From the NCBI GenBank assembly GCA_964016885.1, contig OZ024743.1, positions 334,924,001-334,988,000 on the forward strand: a DNA stretch of 64,000 nucleotides. Direction: 5' to 3'. The position numbers were made by a program, and so were the translations under genes. Each line of letters begins with the position of its first letter. Position 1 is the stretch's first letter. This DNA is from Eledone cirrhosa (taxonomy: Eukaryota). The notes under the pieces were generated by a model, which saw only the letters and a program-made list of their open reading frames with translations, was not told the origin of the DNA and made no database searches. This document shows, one piece after another, positions 1-10,472 of the stretch.

Positions 1-686
1 GATCCATTACAAGGGACATATTTCAAAGATTAAATATTAGGATTACCAAACCAAGAAACAGTCGGACGTAGTAGCTATTAAAATATATACAACAGAAATA
101 TACAAAGTGTTACACGAATCTAATATGACTACTAGAGGATTCTCTAATAATCGTCTCCCTGCGCTATTTATTTTTCGGATCCATCTCCCACCCCTTTCTC
201 TATTTCCCCTTCTTATTAAATTGTTCTAATCTGTCTCCGGCGAAATTTTATTTTAGGTAATAGCATTCCTGCGACAATTAACTTTCTTTATACATGAAAA
301 TAAAGTGCATTACTTGAAATGCCATATGTTATAAAATAGAAGAGGTTGGGATTTCAATATGTAAACTAATCGACTAATTGTGGTTTGTAAAAAAAAAATC
401 ATTGAAGACAACCAGAAAAAGTTTCCGATTTTCTATCCCCTGCCTCCGCTTATTTCATCCGCTTATTTCACCCTCCCATCCTATTATTTGGGGCCCGAGA
501 GTATGGGGAATGAGGATTTAGAGTTGGTCATTTGCGCGTCAACAAATATTTGGACACATAAATTAGCATTAAACTTGATTCATCAGGGCAATCCACGCTT
601 TATGAAACGCCTCTGGCGGAAAATGCCAATTAGTAAAACGTGCAAATATTTTCTCATTCAAACTGCAATGAGATCCGTACACACAC

Positions 687-766
<80 letters not shown>

Positions 767-814
767 GCACACGCACACAGACACACAGAGGTTTTGAATT
801 ATATTTATATATAG

Positions 815-863
<49 letters not shown>

Positions 864-1008
864 TAATAACAGATGGTTGAACTGCATTACGTTGAGTACT
901 CTCCATATTATTACATTAAGATTGACCATACGGAATTGACCAGCTCTATCCAGTGGTGAACCTTCAAACTCGAATATATATTGAAGTAGTTACACAACAG
1001 TTAGTTCA

Positions 1009-1059
1009 CCATACCGAGAACAATTGTTTCACCTTAGCGGATCCTCAGCTCGTAATGGG
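1009..1059 (-). ncRNA. Type I minimal hammerhead ribozyme motif in PLE 3' UTR
   Basis: Minus strand reads cgag CTGAGGA tccgctaaggt GAAAC AATT GTT ctcg: stem I cgag/ctcg, palindromic stem III ACAATTGT. Confidence 0.8.
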
Positions 1060-1263
1060 TTGTGTAACCACTTCTACCTAACTCGTCCCATGGACTGAGT
1101 GCTCTACCACTAACGATAGTACCTTCCAGTGTTCTACCACTATATATATATATATATCTATATATATACATATCTATATATGTATATATATGTAGATACA
1201 TATGTATATATATATGTGGGTAGAGATGTGTGCTGATGTAGGTATGTATGTTGTGGGTTCGTC

Positions 1264-3540
1264 TTAGGGAGAAGTGTTTAGACGGGGTCCGTATTTGTTA
1301 ATGAAGTAAGATTCCTTGCTGATGCGCTGGGTGTGGGTGGCATTATCTTTAAATTTGTAGAGGGGAAAGATTCTGAAGTTGGGATGATTTTGGGCGGCAC
1401 AGGTATCAATGTGTTCACTCAGTGGTATTTTCCTGTATTCCCGTATTTTAATTTGGGATCTATGGACAGTCATGCGTTGGCGGAGGCTGTTTTTGGTCTG
1501 GCCTATGTATTGTTCTCGACAACCTGAACAAGTTAATACATATATTAGATTTTCCGATGCACATGTGAAATTGTGTTTTACTATAAAACGTTGTCCATCT
1601 TTGAAATAGAATTCCGAACCCTCTATTAGGTTGATGCAATGCCACAGTTGGGTCCATCGCATTTTTTTACTGTGGGTTTCGTTGTTGTGGTTGGCAGTAC
1701 TTTGGCATGTGTTAAGATGTTTTTCATTGACTTGGATTGTCTTTTGCTCTTTATGATATCGTGTTTTCGTAGAATTTGGTTCATTCTATGGTCCTTTTTC
1801 AATACAGGGATGTTCTGGAGGATGGTGTCAAAAGCCTCATTGTTGAGGGGGTTGTGTGTGGAGATGTATGGAAGAGCTTTTAGTTTTGGTTGATTTACTT
1901 TAGGGTGTCTAAGGTCCTGGGTACTGAGTTTTAGGGCACGTTGGATTCCATTGTCAATTAGTGATGCAGGGTAGTCCCTGCCTATGAGTGTGTCCTTTAG
2001 TTCTTGTAGCCGTAAGTAGCAGATGTTTTTATTGGAGACTATAGTACAGATTCTCTTGGCTAAGTTGTAGGGAATATTAATTTTAACGTGTCTAGGGTGG
2101 CAAGAGTTGAAGGGGAGATATTGCTTGGAGTGTGTGGGCTTGTAGTATATGTCTGTTTCTATATTTTTGTTATGGATCTTAACGAGGATGTCGAGGAAGG
2201 GGAGTTGTTGATGGCTGTATTCCATCGTGAAGTTAATATTTGTGTTGAGCCCATTTATAAGGGTGTGAAATTCTTTAAGTTTTTCGATGTTTTCGTGCCA
2301 AAGGATGAAGCAGTCATCTAGATATCGCTTCCAGTTCCTTTCAATGTGTAAGTGGAGGGTGTTTCCAGATTTGTTTAGGACTTTAGTGTAGAGGGTGATT
2401 TCCAGGTATCCCATGACTAGGTTGGCATAAGTGGGGGCTGTTTTCGTTCCCATAGCGGTCCCAGATTTCTGCCTGTAGGGTTTGTTATTGAAAACGAAGT
2501 AATTGTTCTCCAAGATAAATTTGAGTCCCTCTATCACGAATTCTTTTTTGATGCGTTGTGGGAGTTCATTGTGGAAATTATCCAGCCAGAATTGGATAGC
2601 GTCTATTCCTAGGTTGTGGGGGATGTTGGAGTATAGTTAGACTACATCCAACGTCACTAGTAGGGTTTGTTCAGGAAGTGGCATATTAGGGAGGTGATTG
2701 AGCATATCTAGGTCGTCCCTTATATAGCTTTTGATGTGCTTGAGGAAGGGTTTGAGAAGGGTATCAATGAAGTTGCTAAGACGGTGCGTTTCGCAAGCGG
2801 GGCCTGCTATTATAGGTCTTAATTTGAGATCATTGGGTGAGGGGACATTGATGACTATGTCTGTGGCTTCCTTGCATGCCTTACTTATTGATTCGCTTTT
2901 ATGTACTTTAGGGATACCGTAGAAAAGGCTGGATTTACTTGTGAAGTCTGTGATGAAGCTGAATTCCTTGTTAGTGAGTCCTTCTTTGTATTGGTTGATT
3001 AGAATTTTTAGGTTTCTCATAATTTTCTGTTGATTGTAGTGTTCGGCCTTTTCGTAGTATGTTTCGTTTTCCAAAGTGGAGAGCGCTAAGTTGATATAGA
3101 ATTCTGTCTCCATTAGGACTACTGTACTCCCTTTATCAGCCTCTTTAATTGTAATGGTTCTGTCGGTTTTTAATCTATTTAATTCTTCCCATTCTTTCTT
3201 GTTGAGGTTTGGCTTGTGTTGTTGTTTGTGCAAGTGTTGGTAAGGGAAGTTTGTGATATGTTCACAGAATTCGTCCAGGATTTTATTTCTACCTTTTGAA
3301 GGGGTGTAATTGCTTCTATTTCTGGCTAATGATTCATCCTCATTGTACTGGTCGAATAGTTGTTCACTAAGTCGTAACTTTCTACAGAAGTCTGTGATGT
3401 CTTCCTTCATTTCATAGTAGTTAGGACGTAGTGGGGTCGGTGTGAATTTAAGACCTTTGGAGAGTAAGTTGATAAGGTTGGGTATTGGTTCTGCACTAGT
3501 AATATTGATAATTTTTATTACTATCGGTTTCTCCTCCCTG
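1264..3540 (-). pseudogene. PLE RT-GIY-YIG polyprotein, one in-frame stop (2637-2639) and one frameshift (~1640)
   Basis: ORFs 2637..3410 and 1626..2537 are in the same frame across a single TAA; the EN domain is in 1264..1662. Confidence 0.92.
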
Positions 3541-4537
3541 TCTTGTGTTATTTTGTTTGCCTGTATCTGTGTGCTGTGTCTAAAAAATGGTTGGGGTAGA
3601 GGGGTTGTCTGCTGATGTTAAGTGGTCTCCTGTGTTTGTTATATTCCTTGTTGTTGTAAAATGTGGTTCGGGTTGGTGGTTGTAGATTGAATGGGGTGTT
3701 CCTGTACTGCGAGTATGGGTGTGTGTTTCTATGTGCCATGTTGTATTGTGGTGTTATAGGTGGCCTACGTTGTTGGTTGTATCGTGTGGTGTGGGTTTGT
3801 TGTGTATTGTGGAAGAGAGAGTTGAGAAAATGGTAATTACCTTGCTGTCCCCCTTGAAGCGGGGAAGTTGTTACATCTATCATGGCGGTGGTATCTTTTC
3901 CCTATGTTTGACGATGAGGCATCCGCGTAGTAGTTGAGTGATTTGGTATGGTGTCTCCTTGAAGGGGGAAAGTTGTAAATGTCATTCTGGGGGAGATGAT
4001 TTCTTGGGTTTTTGTTCCTTCTTATGGTAGCGAGGTTGGGAAGTTCATCTTCGGTGCGGTGCTTCCTTCTTCGTTTGTTAGAGGCTTGGGGGTTTGAGAA
4101 GTTGTGCGGTTTAGTTATGGGTTTTCCTATTTTTATGAACGGGTTATTGGAGGTGTAATCCGTTTGAAAAGTCGATTCATAGTGTAGGAACCAAGCGGCA
4201 CTTTTTTCCCAGCGTTGAAGGGATTTCAGTTCTTCTCTGTTGCAGTCCCCTTTCCATAATTTGGAGATCTTCTCTACCTTGGGGCCTTCAGTTTTGTTGT
4301 TGATTTCCAGGAGGATCTCTTCATCGATGGTTTCGATTTTTTCCTCATTTGTTTGGGCCCTCAGTTTAAGAAGTTCAATATCTGTCTTCATTTTTTCCAA
4401 TGCCATTCTTTCCCTAAGGTGTCTTTGAGGTTCGGGTTCATTTGGAATGGACTTTATTTGTAGTTTATGGGGGAGAGTTAGAGGGGTTGAGTTAAGCCAT
4501 TTTTCATATATCTCTGCTTTGTTGTGATTTTGTATCA

Positions 4538-4591
<54 letters not shown>

Positions 4592-4609
4592 CATATAGGT
4601 ATATATATG

Positions 4610-4685
<76 letters not shown>

Positions 4686-4688
4686 TAA

Positions 4689-7600
4689 TGGAAACATTTG
4701 AACAGGAACAAAACAGAGAGGCAGTACAACGAATGTTTATTAATTTCACGCTCTAGAGAGTGGGGTGGTGGTGGGGAACGACGTTTCGGGCATAAGCCCT
4801 TCCTCAGGTGAGAAGTGTGTGGGAACAGAGTTCAAAGGGTGTGTAGGGGAGTGGTGGAGAGACATATAGCGAAAGGAAACGGTGCGAATGAAAATAAAAA
4901 TAAAAATAAAAATAAAAATAAAAATAAAGCATGATCAAAATACAAAGAATGAATTAAAATTAAATAATAAAGCATGATCAAAATAAACTGAAATTAATAG
5001 GGGGGTAAAACAGGTGGTGGAAGGGTGTGGGGTGTGTAGGGGTGGTGGCGGGTGGAGTGGGAGAGGGATACGGGGTGTCCGAGCGGGGAGGGCTGAAGGT
5101 GGTGTGTGTGTGTAGGTGTACGTGTGTGTGTGTGTGTGTGTGTATATGTGAAAGTAAGGGTTGGGGGAAGAACGGGGTTGCATGTTCAGGAAGAGGTGTG
5201 TGTGTGTGTGTGTGGGGGGTTGTAGGTCGGAGTGTCTGTGCGTGTGTGGATAGAGGGATGGGGGAGAGGAATCAGGAGGCTGAGGGTGTAAATATGTGGT
5301 GGAAAACACGTGTGTGTGGGGTTTAAGCGTGTTGTGGGTGTAGGTGGCGTGTGGAGAAACAATCTTTTTGGGGGTGTGTGTGGGTGAGTTATATAGGTGA
5401 TTCCGTAAGAGGATGGTTGAAAAGTTGGTAAAATCCTATGATGTTTAGTGGATTCTGTGGTGGTCAAGTTCCACATACGAGTATTCCATGAAGAGATGGT
5501 CGGAAGAGGAGAGTTGTGGGGTGCGCGCGCAACAGGAAGTGGTCAAGCAGTGGGAGTGCTCTGTGTCTGTTTGTGCTGGGAGGTGGTCAGAGGGCATAGC
5601 AGCAGTCGGTGGAATAGTAAAGGGGCGAGGATGGGTAGGTGTGAGAGTTGGAGTGAGGAGGGTGTGTGTGTATTAGTAGAGGTGTTACTGGGATGAGTGA
5701 ATGTGGAGCGAGGGTGTGGGTGGAGAGGGGAGAGAAGGGTGTGTGTAGTTCAATGGAGGGAGTGTGGTGTACTGGTGTGTGTGTAGTTTGATGAAGGGGT
5801 GTTAGTGGGTGTTAGTATACGGGAGGTGGGGAAGGGTTGGATGCAGGTGTGAGTGGGGGTTAGTGGTGGTAGGGTGTGTAGAGTTGGTGGTGTACGAGGG
5901 TGTGTGGGTACGTGTGCGTGGGGTTGGGGGGTGTTAGTGATGTTAGTTGAGTGTGGGGTGGGTGGTGTAAGTGGGTGCGTGTGTTCGTGTGCTTGGGGTC
6001 AGGAGGTGTTAGTGAGGTTAGTTGCGGGGTGGTGGGATGGAGGTGTGGGGGTGAGAGGTGTGGGGGTGAAGGTTAGTGGTGGTAGTAGGGTGTGTGTTTA
6101 GTGTGAGCGCGTGTATATATGTGCCGGTGGGTGTGTGCGTGTGATAAGGAGAGGGGAGGAGGAGAAGAAGGGAGGGATGTTAGTATGTTAGTTGGGGAAG
6201 GGTGGTCGGATGAGGGGTGGAGTGGAGGTGTTAGTATTCGTAGTTGTGGGGTGGACGTTGAAAAGGAGGGGTGTGTTAGTGGTGTTAGTGGGGGATAAGT
6301 GTGGGGGGGGGGGGTCGAAGGCTAAAGGAATAAGGGTGGGGAGTTCAGGCCGGGGGGAATGTGTGGGTCTGTAAGATGAAGATTGTTCTTTGTTCGACTC
6401 TAAGGCGATTGGCGGGTGTTCCGTGGCATTGGAGTAGGCCACAGACTGTGAGATGGCGTGCGGAATGTCCAGGGCCAGCAAAGTGGCGGGCGATGGGGGA
6501 ACTACCACCGAGACGAATATCCCGGAGGTGCTCAGTGAATCGGTCCGCCAGGCGACGTCCCGTCTGTCCGACATAAGTCGCGCTGCACTCCGTGCAGCGA
6601 AGTAGTCCGTAGACTAGGTTGGAGGAGGTGCAGCGGAAGGCATGCCGGACAGAGAGAGAGTGGCCGTTGGGACCCTGGAAGGTGGTGGTGTTGGTGATGT
6701 GGGGACAGGTGTTGAAGCGGGGCCTAGTACAGGGAAAGGAACCGGGGGGGAGCCTGGTTTGGGGGGGAGCTGTGGACGAGGAGGGTGCGGAGATTGCGTC
6801 GGCGTTTGAAGGAGGGGAGTGGTGGGGTTGGGAAGATGTGGGAGGTGGAGGGGTCGGACTGGAGGCGTCGGAAGAGGCGGCGGATGGTGCGGTGGAGGGG
6901 TGCGGTGGAGGGGTGGTAGGTGATGGGGAAGGGGAGACGGTGGGTGTGCGGTGGCGTGGGGTGAGGGTGGTGGAGCGGGGGACAGCACGGGCGCGGGTGA
7001 GAGCGGTGTGGACGAGAGAGAGGGGGGGGTAACCTCTGCGGATGAAATAGCTGACTAGGGAAAGAGCCTGAGACTCGAAGTCAGCATCTCGGCTACAGAG
7101 GCGGCGGATCCTGAGAAGTTGTGAGTAGGGAATGGAGTGTTTAGTGTGGGTGGGGTGGGAAGAGGTGAAGTCGAGGTAAGAGTGGGAGTCGGTGGGTTTG
7201 AAGAAGGCGGAGGTGACGAGGGAGTGGTGGGAGGGTCGAAGGCGACGGAGATGTCGAAGAAGTGGACGTGGGTGGTAGAGATAGAGGTGGTGAAGTGGAG
7301 GGAGGGGTGGAAGGAGCAGAAGAAAGAGAGAAAGGAGTCGAGCTGTTCTCGGGTGAGGGTCGTGGATCCGATACAGTCGTCAATGTAACGACCGTACAGT
7401 TCGGGCGTGGGGCCGGTGTACTAGGCAAAGATTTGGGCCTCAACATGGCCAACAAAAAGGTTGGCATAGTTCGGGCCCATTCTTGTACCCATGGCTACCC
7501 CCGTGACCTGTTGGTAAAACTCACCCGAGAAGGAGAAACAATTGAGGGTGAGGACCAGCTCGGCGAGGCGAAGGAGGGTGGGTGGAGGGAATAGGGGAGG

Positions 7601-7878
7601 GGCGAAGGTCGAGGTAGTGTTTGAGGGCGCGTAGGCCGTCGGCGTGGGGGATGAGGGTATAGAGGGACTTGATGTCTAGGGTGAAGAGGAAGGGCTGTGG
7701 GCCGGGTGGGTAGGTGAAGGAGTCGAAAAGGCGCAGGGCGTGGTTGGTGTCGGAGATGTGGGAGGGGAGGGTGGTGACAAGGGGGCGAGGATGGAGTCGA
7801 GAAAGGCGGAGATGAGTTCGGTGGGGCAGTTGCAAGCGGAGACGATGGGGCGGCCGGGGTTGTCGGGTTTGTGGAGTT

Positions 7879-7880
<2 letters not shown>
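4689..7880 (-). mobile_element. Second Neptune-like PLE, 5'-truncated, C-rich coding strand, ~1.6 kb low-complexity 3' UTR
   Basis: [61 protein letters not shown] and CTECSATYVGQTGRRLADRFTEH across several frameshifts (~6346-7880). (TA)n on both flanks. Confidence 0.9.
4772..4815 (-). ncRNA. Minimal hammerhead ribozyme motif
   Basis: Minus strand: ac CTGAGGA a gggc ttat gccc GAAAC GTC gt. Stem II 4 bp, palindromic ACGT stem III, weak stem I. Confidence 0.75.
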
Positions 7881-7936
<56 letters not shown>

Positions 7937-8273
7937 TATATATATATATATACATACATATGTATATATATACATATCTATATATACATATGTATATATA
8001 TATATATAGAGAGAGAGAGAGGGAGAGAGGGAGATACATATGAATATAAATATATCAAGTATATTTGCTTGGAGACTGGTGTTTAAATCATCCAATTCTC
8101 TTAATGTAACAATCATTTTCTTCACTGCTGACCATTCATCCAGTAAAACAGTTGTCGATTAATCAATTCATTGATCTGTATAACAAACAGTTTCAATTAT
8201 GTCTTAGGAGATTATGAAACACCGCCCTTTTTCGTCCGGCTTTTACACATTCTCATCAATGTATTGAGTTTTA

Positions 8274-8349
<76 letters not shown>

Positions 8350-8381
8350 TCACAAACACACACATACTCACACACGAGCAC

Positions 8382-8454
<73 letters not shown>

Positions 8455-8460
<6 letters not shown>

Positions 8461-8620
8461 AGATCAAAAGATGTTTAAAAGAGTTCCAAGTATTTTATTA
8501 TGCGCATTTCAAAAACAAATATCATCATGGGATGATATTTGGTTTTCATCAGATAAAATAGGGAGACATGATATGAAGCTTAAAAACACTTGCGAGCAGT
8601 GAAGTGTAAAATCAACATAT
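8455..8620 (-). mobile_element. Solo 3' end of the PLE family at 40818-46142, with intact hammerhead (8491-8560)
   Basis: Aligns by eye to 40818-40987. Minus strand: tattttat CTGATGA aaaccaaatatcatc ccat gatgatatttgttttt GAAAT GCGC ATA ataaaata. Confidence 0.88.
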
Positions 8621-8634
8621 ATATATATATCAAC

Positions 8635-8694
<60 letters not shown>

Positions 8695-8697
<3 letters not shown>

Positions 8698-9391
8698 AAG
8701 AATGAAGAGTAACATGGTTGGCTGTACAATAAGGGGCTTTATATCAGGTTTGACAATTGTTTCATTGATCAGGTGAGTCTAGAGGTCGCTAATCGCTTGA
8801 AGTTGCGTCACTCGATCTCCATTACATCATTTACCTCCGATCAACTCATCAGAATACGAAGATATAAAAATAATTCACTCGAGGCAACATATATATAGAA
8901 GAATACCGTATAATCAAAACAATAACATCAATAATAAAATATATATGATAAATAGTTAGAGAAGTTACAGATGTAAAACGTAAAAAGTAAAAGATTATAA
9001 AAATACATTAAAAAAGTAAAAAAATGTAAAATATAAAGAAATAAATAAGGATAAGTGAGAGCATGTAAGTACAGAGTATGCTTGTGGTGGTGGTGGTGAG
9101 TAAGTGTTCTTATAAGAATTCTGTGGTGGGTTTAGTGTTAATATGAATTGTCATATTCGAAACATACATAGATACGTGAAGAGAGTCTGATGTAGTGACA
9201 GATAAAAGAAAAAAGGAAAAAGCAATAAATTAGAGATTAATTGGGGGATACAAGTATGAGATTTAAGGGCTAAGGGTTCGGTCTGTATGGATCTAGCCCG
9301 AATCTGTAATCCTCGGCTCGTCAGACCCCTTACAATGGTAATGAAAAAATGATTACACATGGCGTATGAGAAAGTCTGATGTTCCTATAGT

Positions 9392-9393
<2 letters not shown>
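8695..9393 (-). mobile_element. 5'-truncated PLE 3' end (degenerate EN tail, UTR, hammerhead 8748-8857 with long stem II insert)
   Basis: Minus strand: CTGATGA gttgatc ...~68 nt... gatcaat GAAAC AATT GTC. Degenerate EN-like C-terminus at 9240-9390; (TA)n on both flanks. Confidence 0.65.
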
Positions 9394-9455
<62 letters not shown>

Positions 9456-9509
9456 TTATTATTATTATTATTATTATTATACATATCCATATATATTATA
9501 TATAGGAAA

Positions 9510-10472
9510 AGTTTCAGGATGCTAACCACTGATGGGTTAAATTTTTGTCAACATTAGGATTGTTAGCTCTTTCAAGGTATTTTCCATACAGAGGCTTTTC
9601 TTGCCATTTCTTAACCAGTTCCTCTAGCAGTTCTTTCTTTGCAGTTACTTTTACCTGCCTTGCTTTTCTATGTTTTTGATTTCAGCAGTAAAGGGAACTT
9701 CTGAAATTTGTAGTTCATTACTTTATCTTTGTGCATCTTTTGTAATGGAGTATGATCTTTTTATATTTTCATGTTTCAAAACGAGTTTGATCATCCAGCC
9801 TCCCTTAGATATGTAGATAATCCAATTGTTGCAGTTTTCAAAGCAATATCTAACTGGATTAATCCACGCCCTCATATCAGAGGGAGATATATTATATCTG
9901 TATCTGCCTGAGGGTGATGCATTCTGTGCATGGTTAAGAATTTTCTAATATTTGTATAGATCCTACGGATCTCTGTGCTTGACCAGTTGATGGCATTGAA
10001 ACTGTAGGTTACTACTGGTATGGTAAGGGTGTTTATGGCATCGATCCTATTTCTTGCATTCAACTCCGTTCTTAAGATTGCTCTTACTCTGCAGTAACAT
10101 TCCTTCCTTGTCCTTTCCCTCATTGTCGAGTACTTGATACCATCTCCTTCACAAACACCTAGATATTTGTAAGTTTCCTCTTGATCAAGTTCTCTTATCA
10201 CATTCCCCCGATCAAGATTAATGTCTGAACTTCTCAGCAGCTTTCCTTTGGTGAACGTTGCTTTGGCGCATTTATCTAGTCCAAACTCCATTTTAATGTC
10301 ATCACTGAACTGCTCCACAGTGGATAATAGCCCTTGTAATTGCTCATCACTTTTTGCAAATAGTTTCAGGTCATCCACGTAGAACAAGTGATTAATGGTT
10401 TTGTCATAGACTTTATATCCAGGTTTTGTTTCAGTGAGCATTTTACTTATTGGTATAAGTGCGGTGCAGATA
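9510..10472 (-). mobile_element. R4/Dong-like LINE RT fragment
   Basis: INHLFYVDDLKLF, DIKMEFGLDKCA, YKYLGV, LNARNRIDAINT in ORF 9872..10441; degenerate continuation to ~9510. Confidence 0.85.

Larger units (their letters stand above)
850..4539 (-). mobile_element. Penelope-like retroelement (Neptune-like), long copy with few lesions: N-terminal region, RT, GIY-YIG endonuclease, 3' UTR with hammerhead
   Basis: Minus-strand ORF pieces give LLSKGLKFTPTP, IKEADKGS, PKVHK, LRPIIAG, LVTLDVV*LYSNIPH, GTAMGTKTAPTYANL, WKRYLDDCF, LPFLDI, YYKPTHS and NLIYVLTCSGCREQYIGQT. Bounded by (TA)n on both sides. Clade name inferred from motif style. Confidence 0.93.

Noticed and set aside
230-615. Possible hammerheads here and at ~15565, 15750, 17830, 20255, 39575, 39775 and 56755
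   Set aside because: Cores or stems are too degenerate to call by eye.
380-939. ORFs with HTHT/VCVC/YIYI runs here and throughout the window
   Set aside because: They are translations of (CA)n, (TA)n and (TACA)n microsatellites, which lack stops.
4935-7594. Pro-rich and Gly/Val-rich ORFs
   Set aside because: Off-frame or antisense readings of the C-skewed PLE and its low-complexity UTR.
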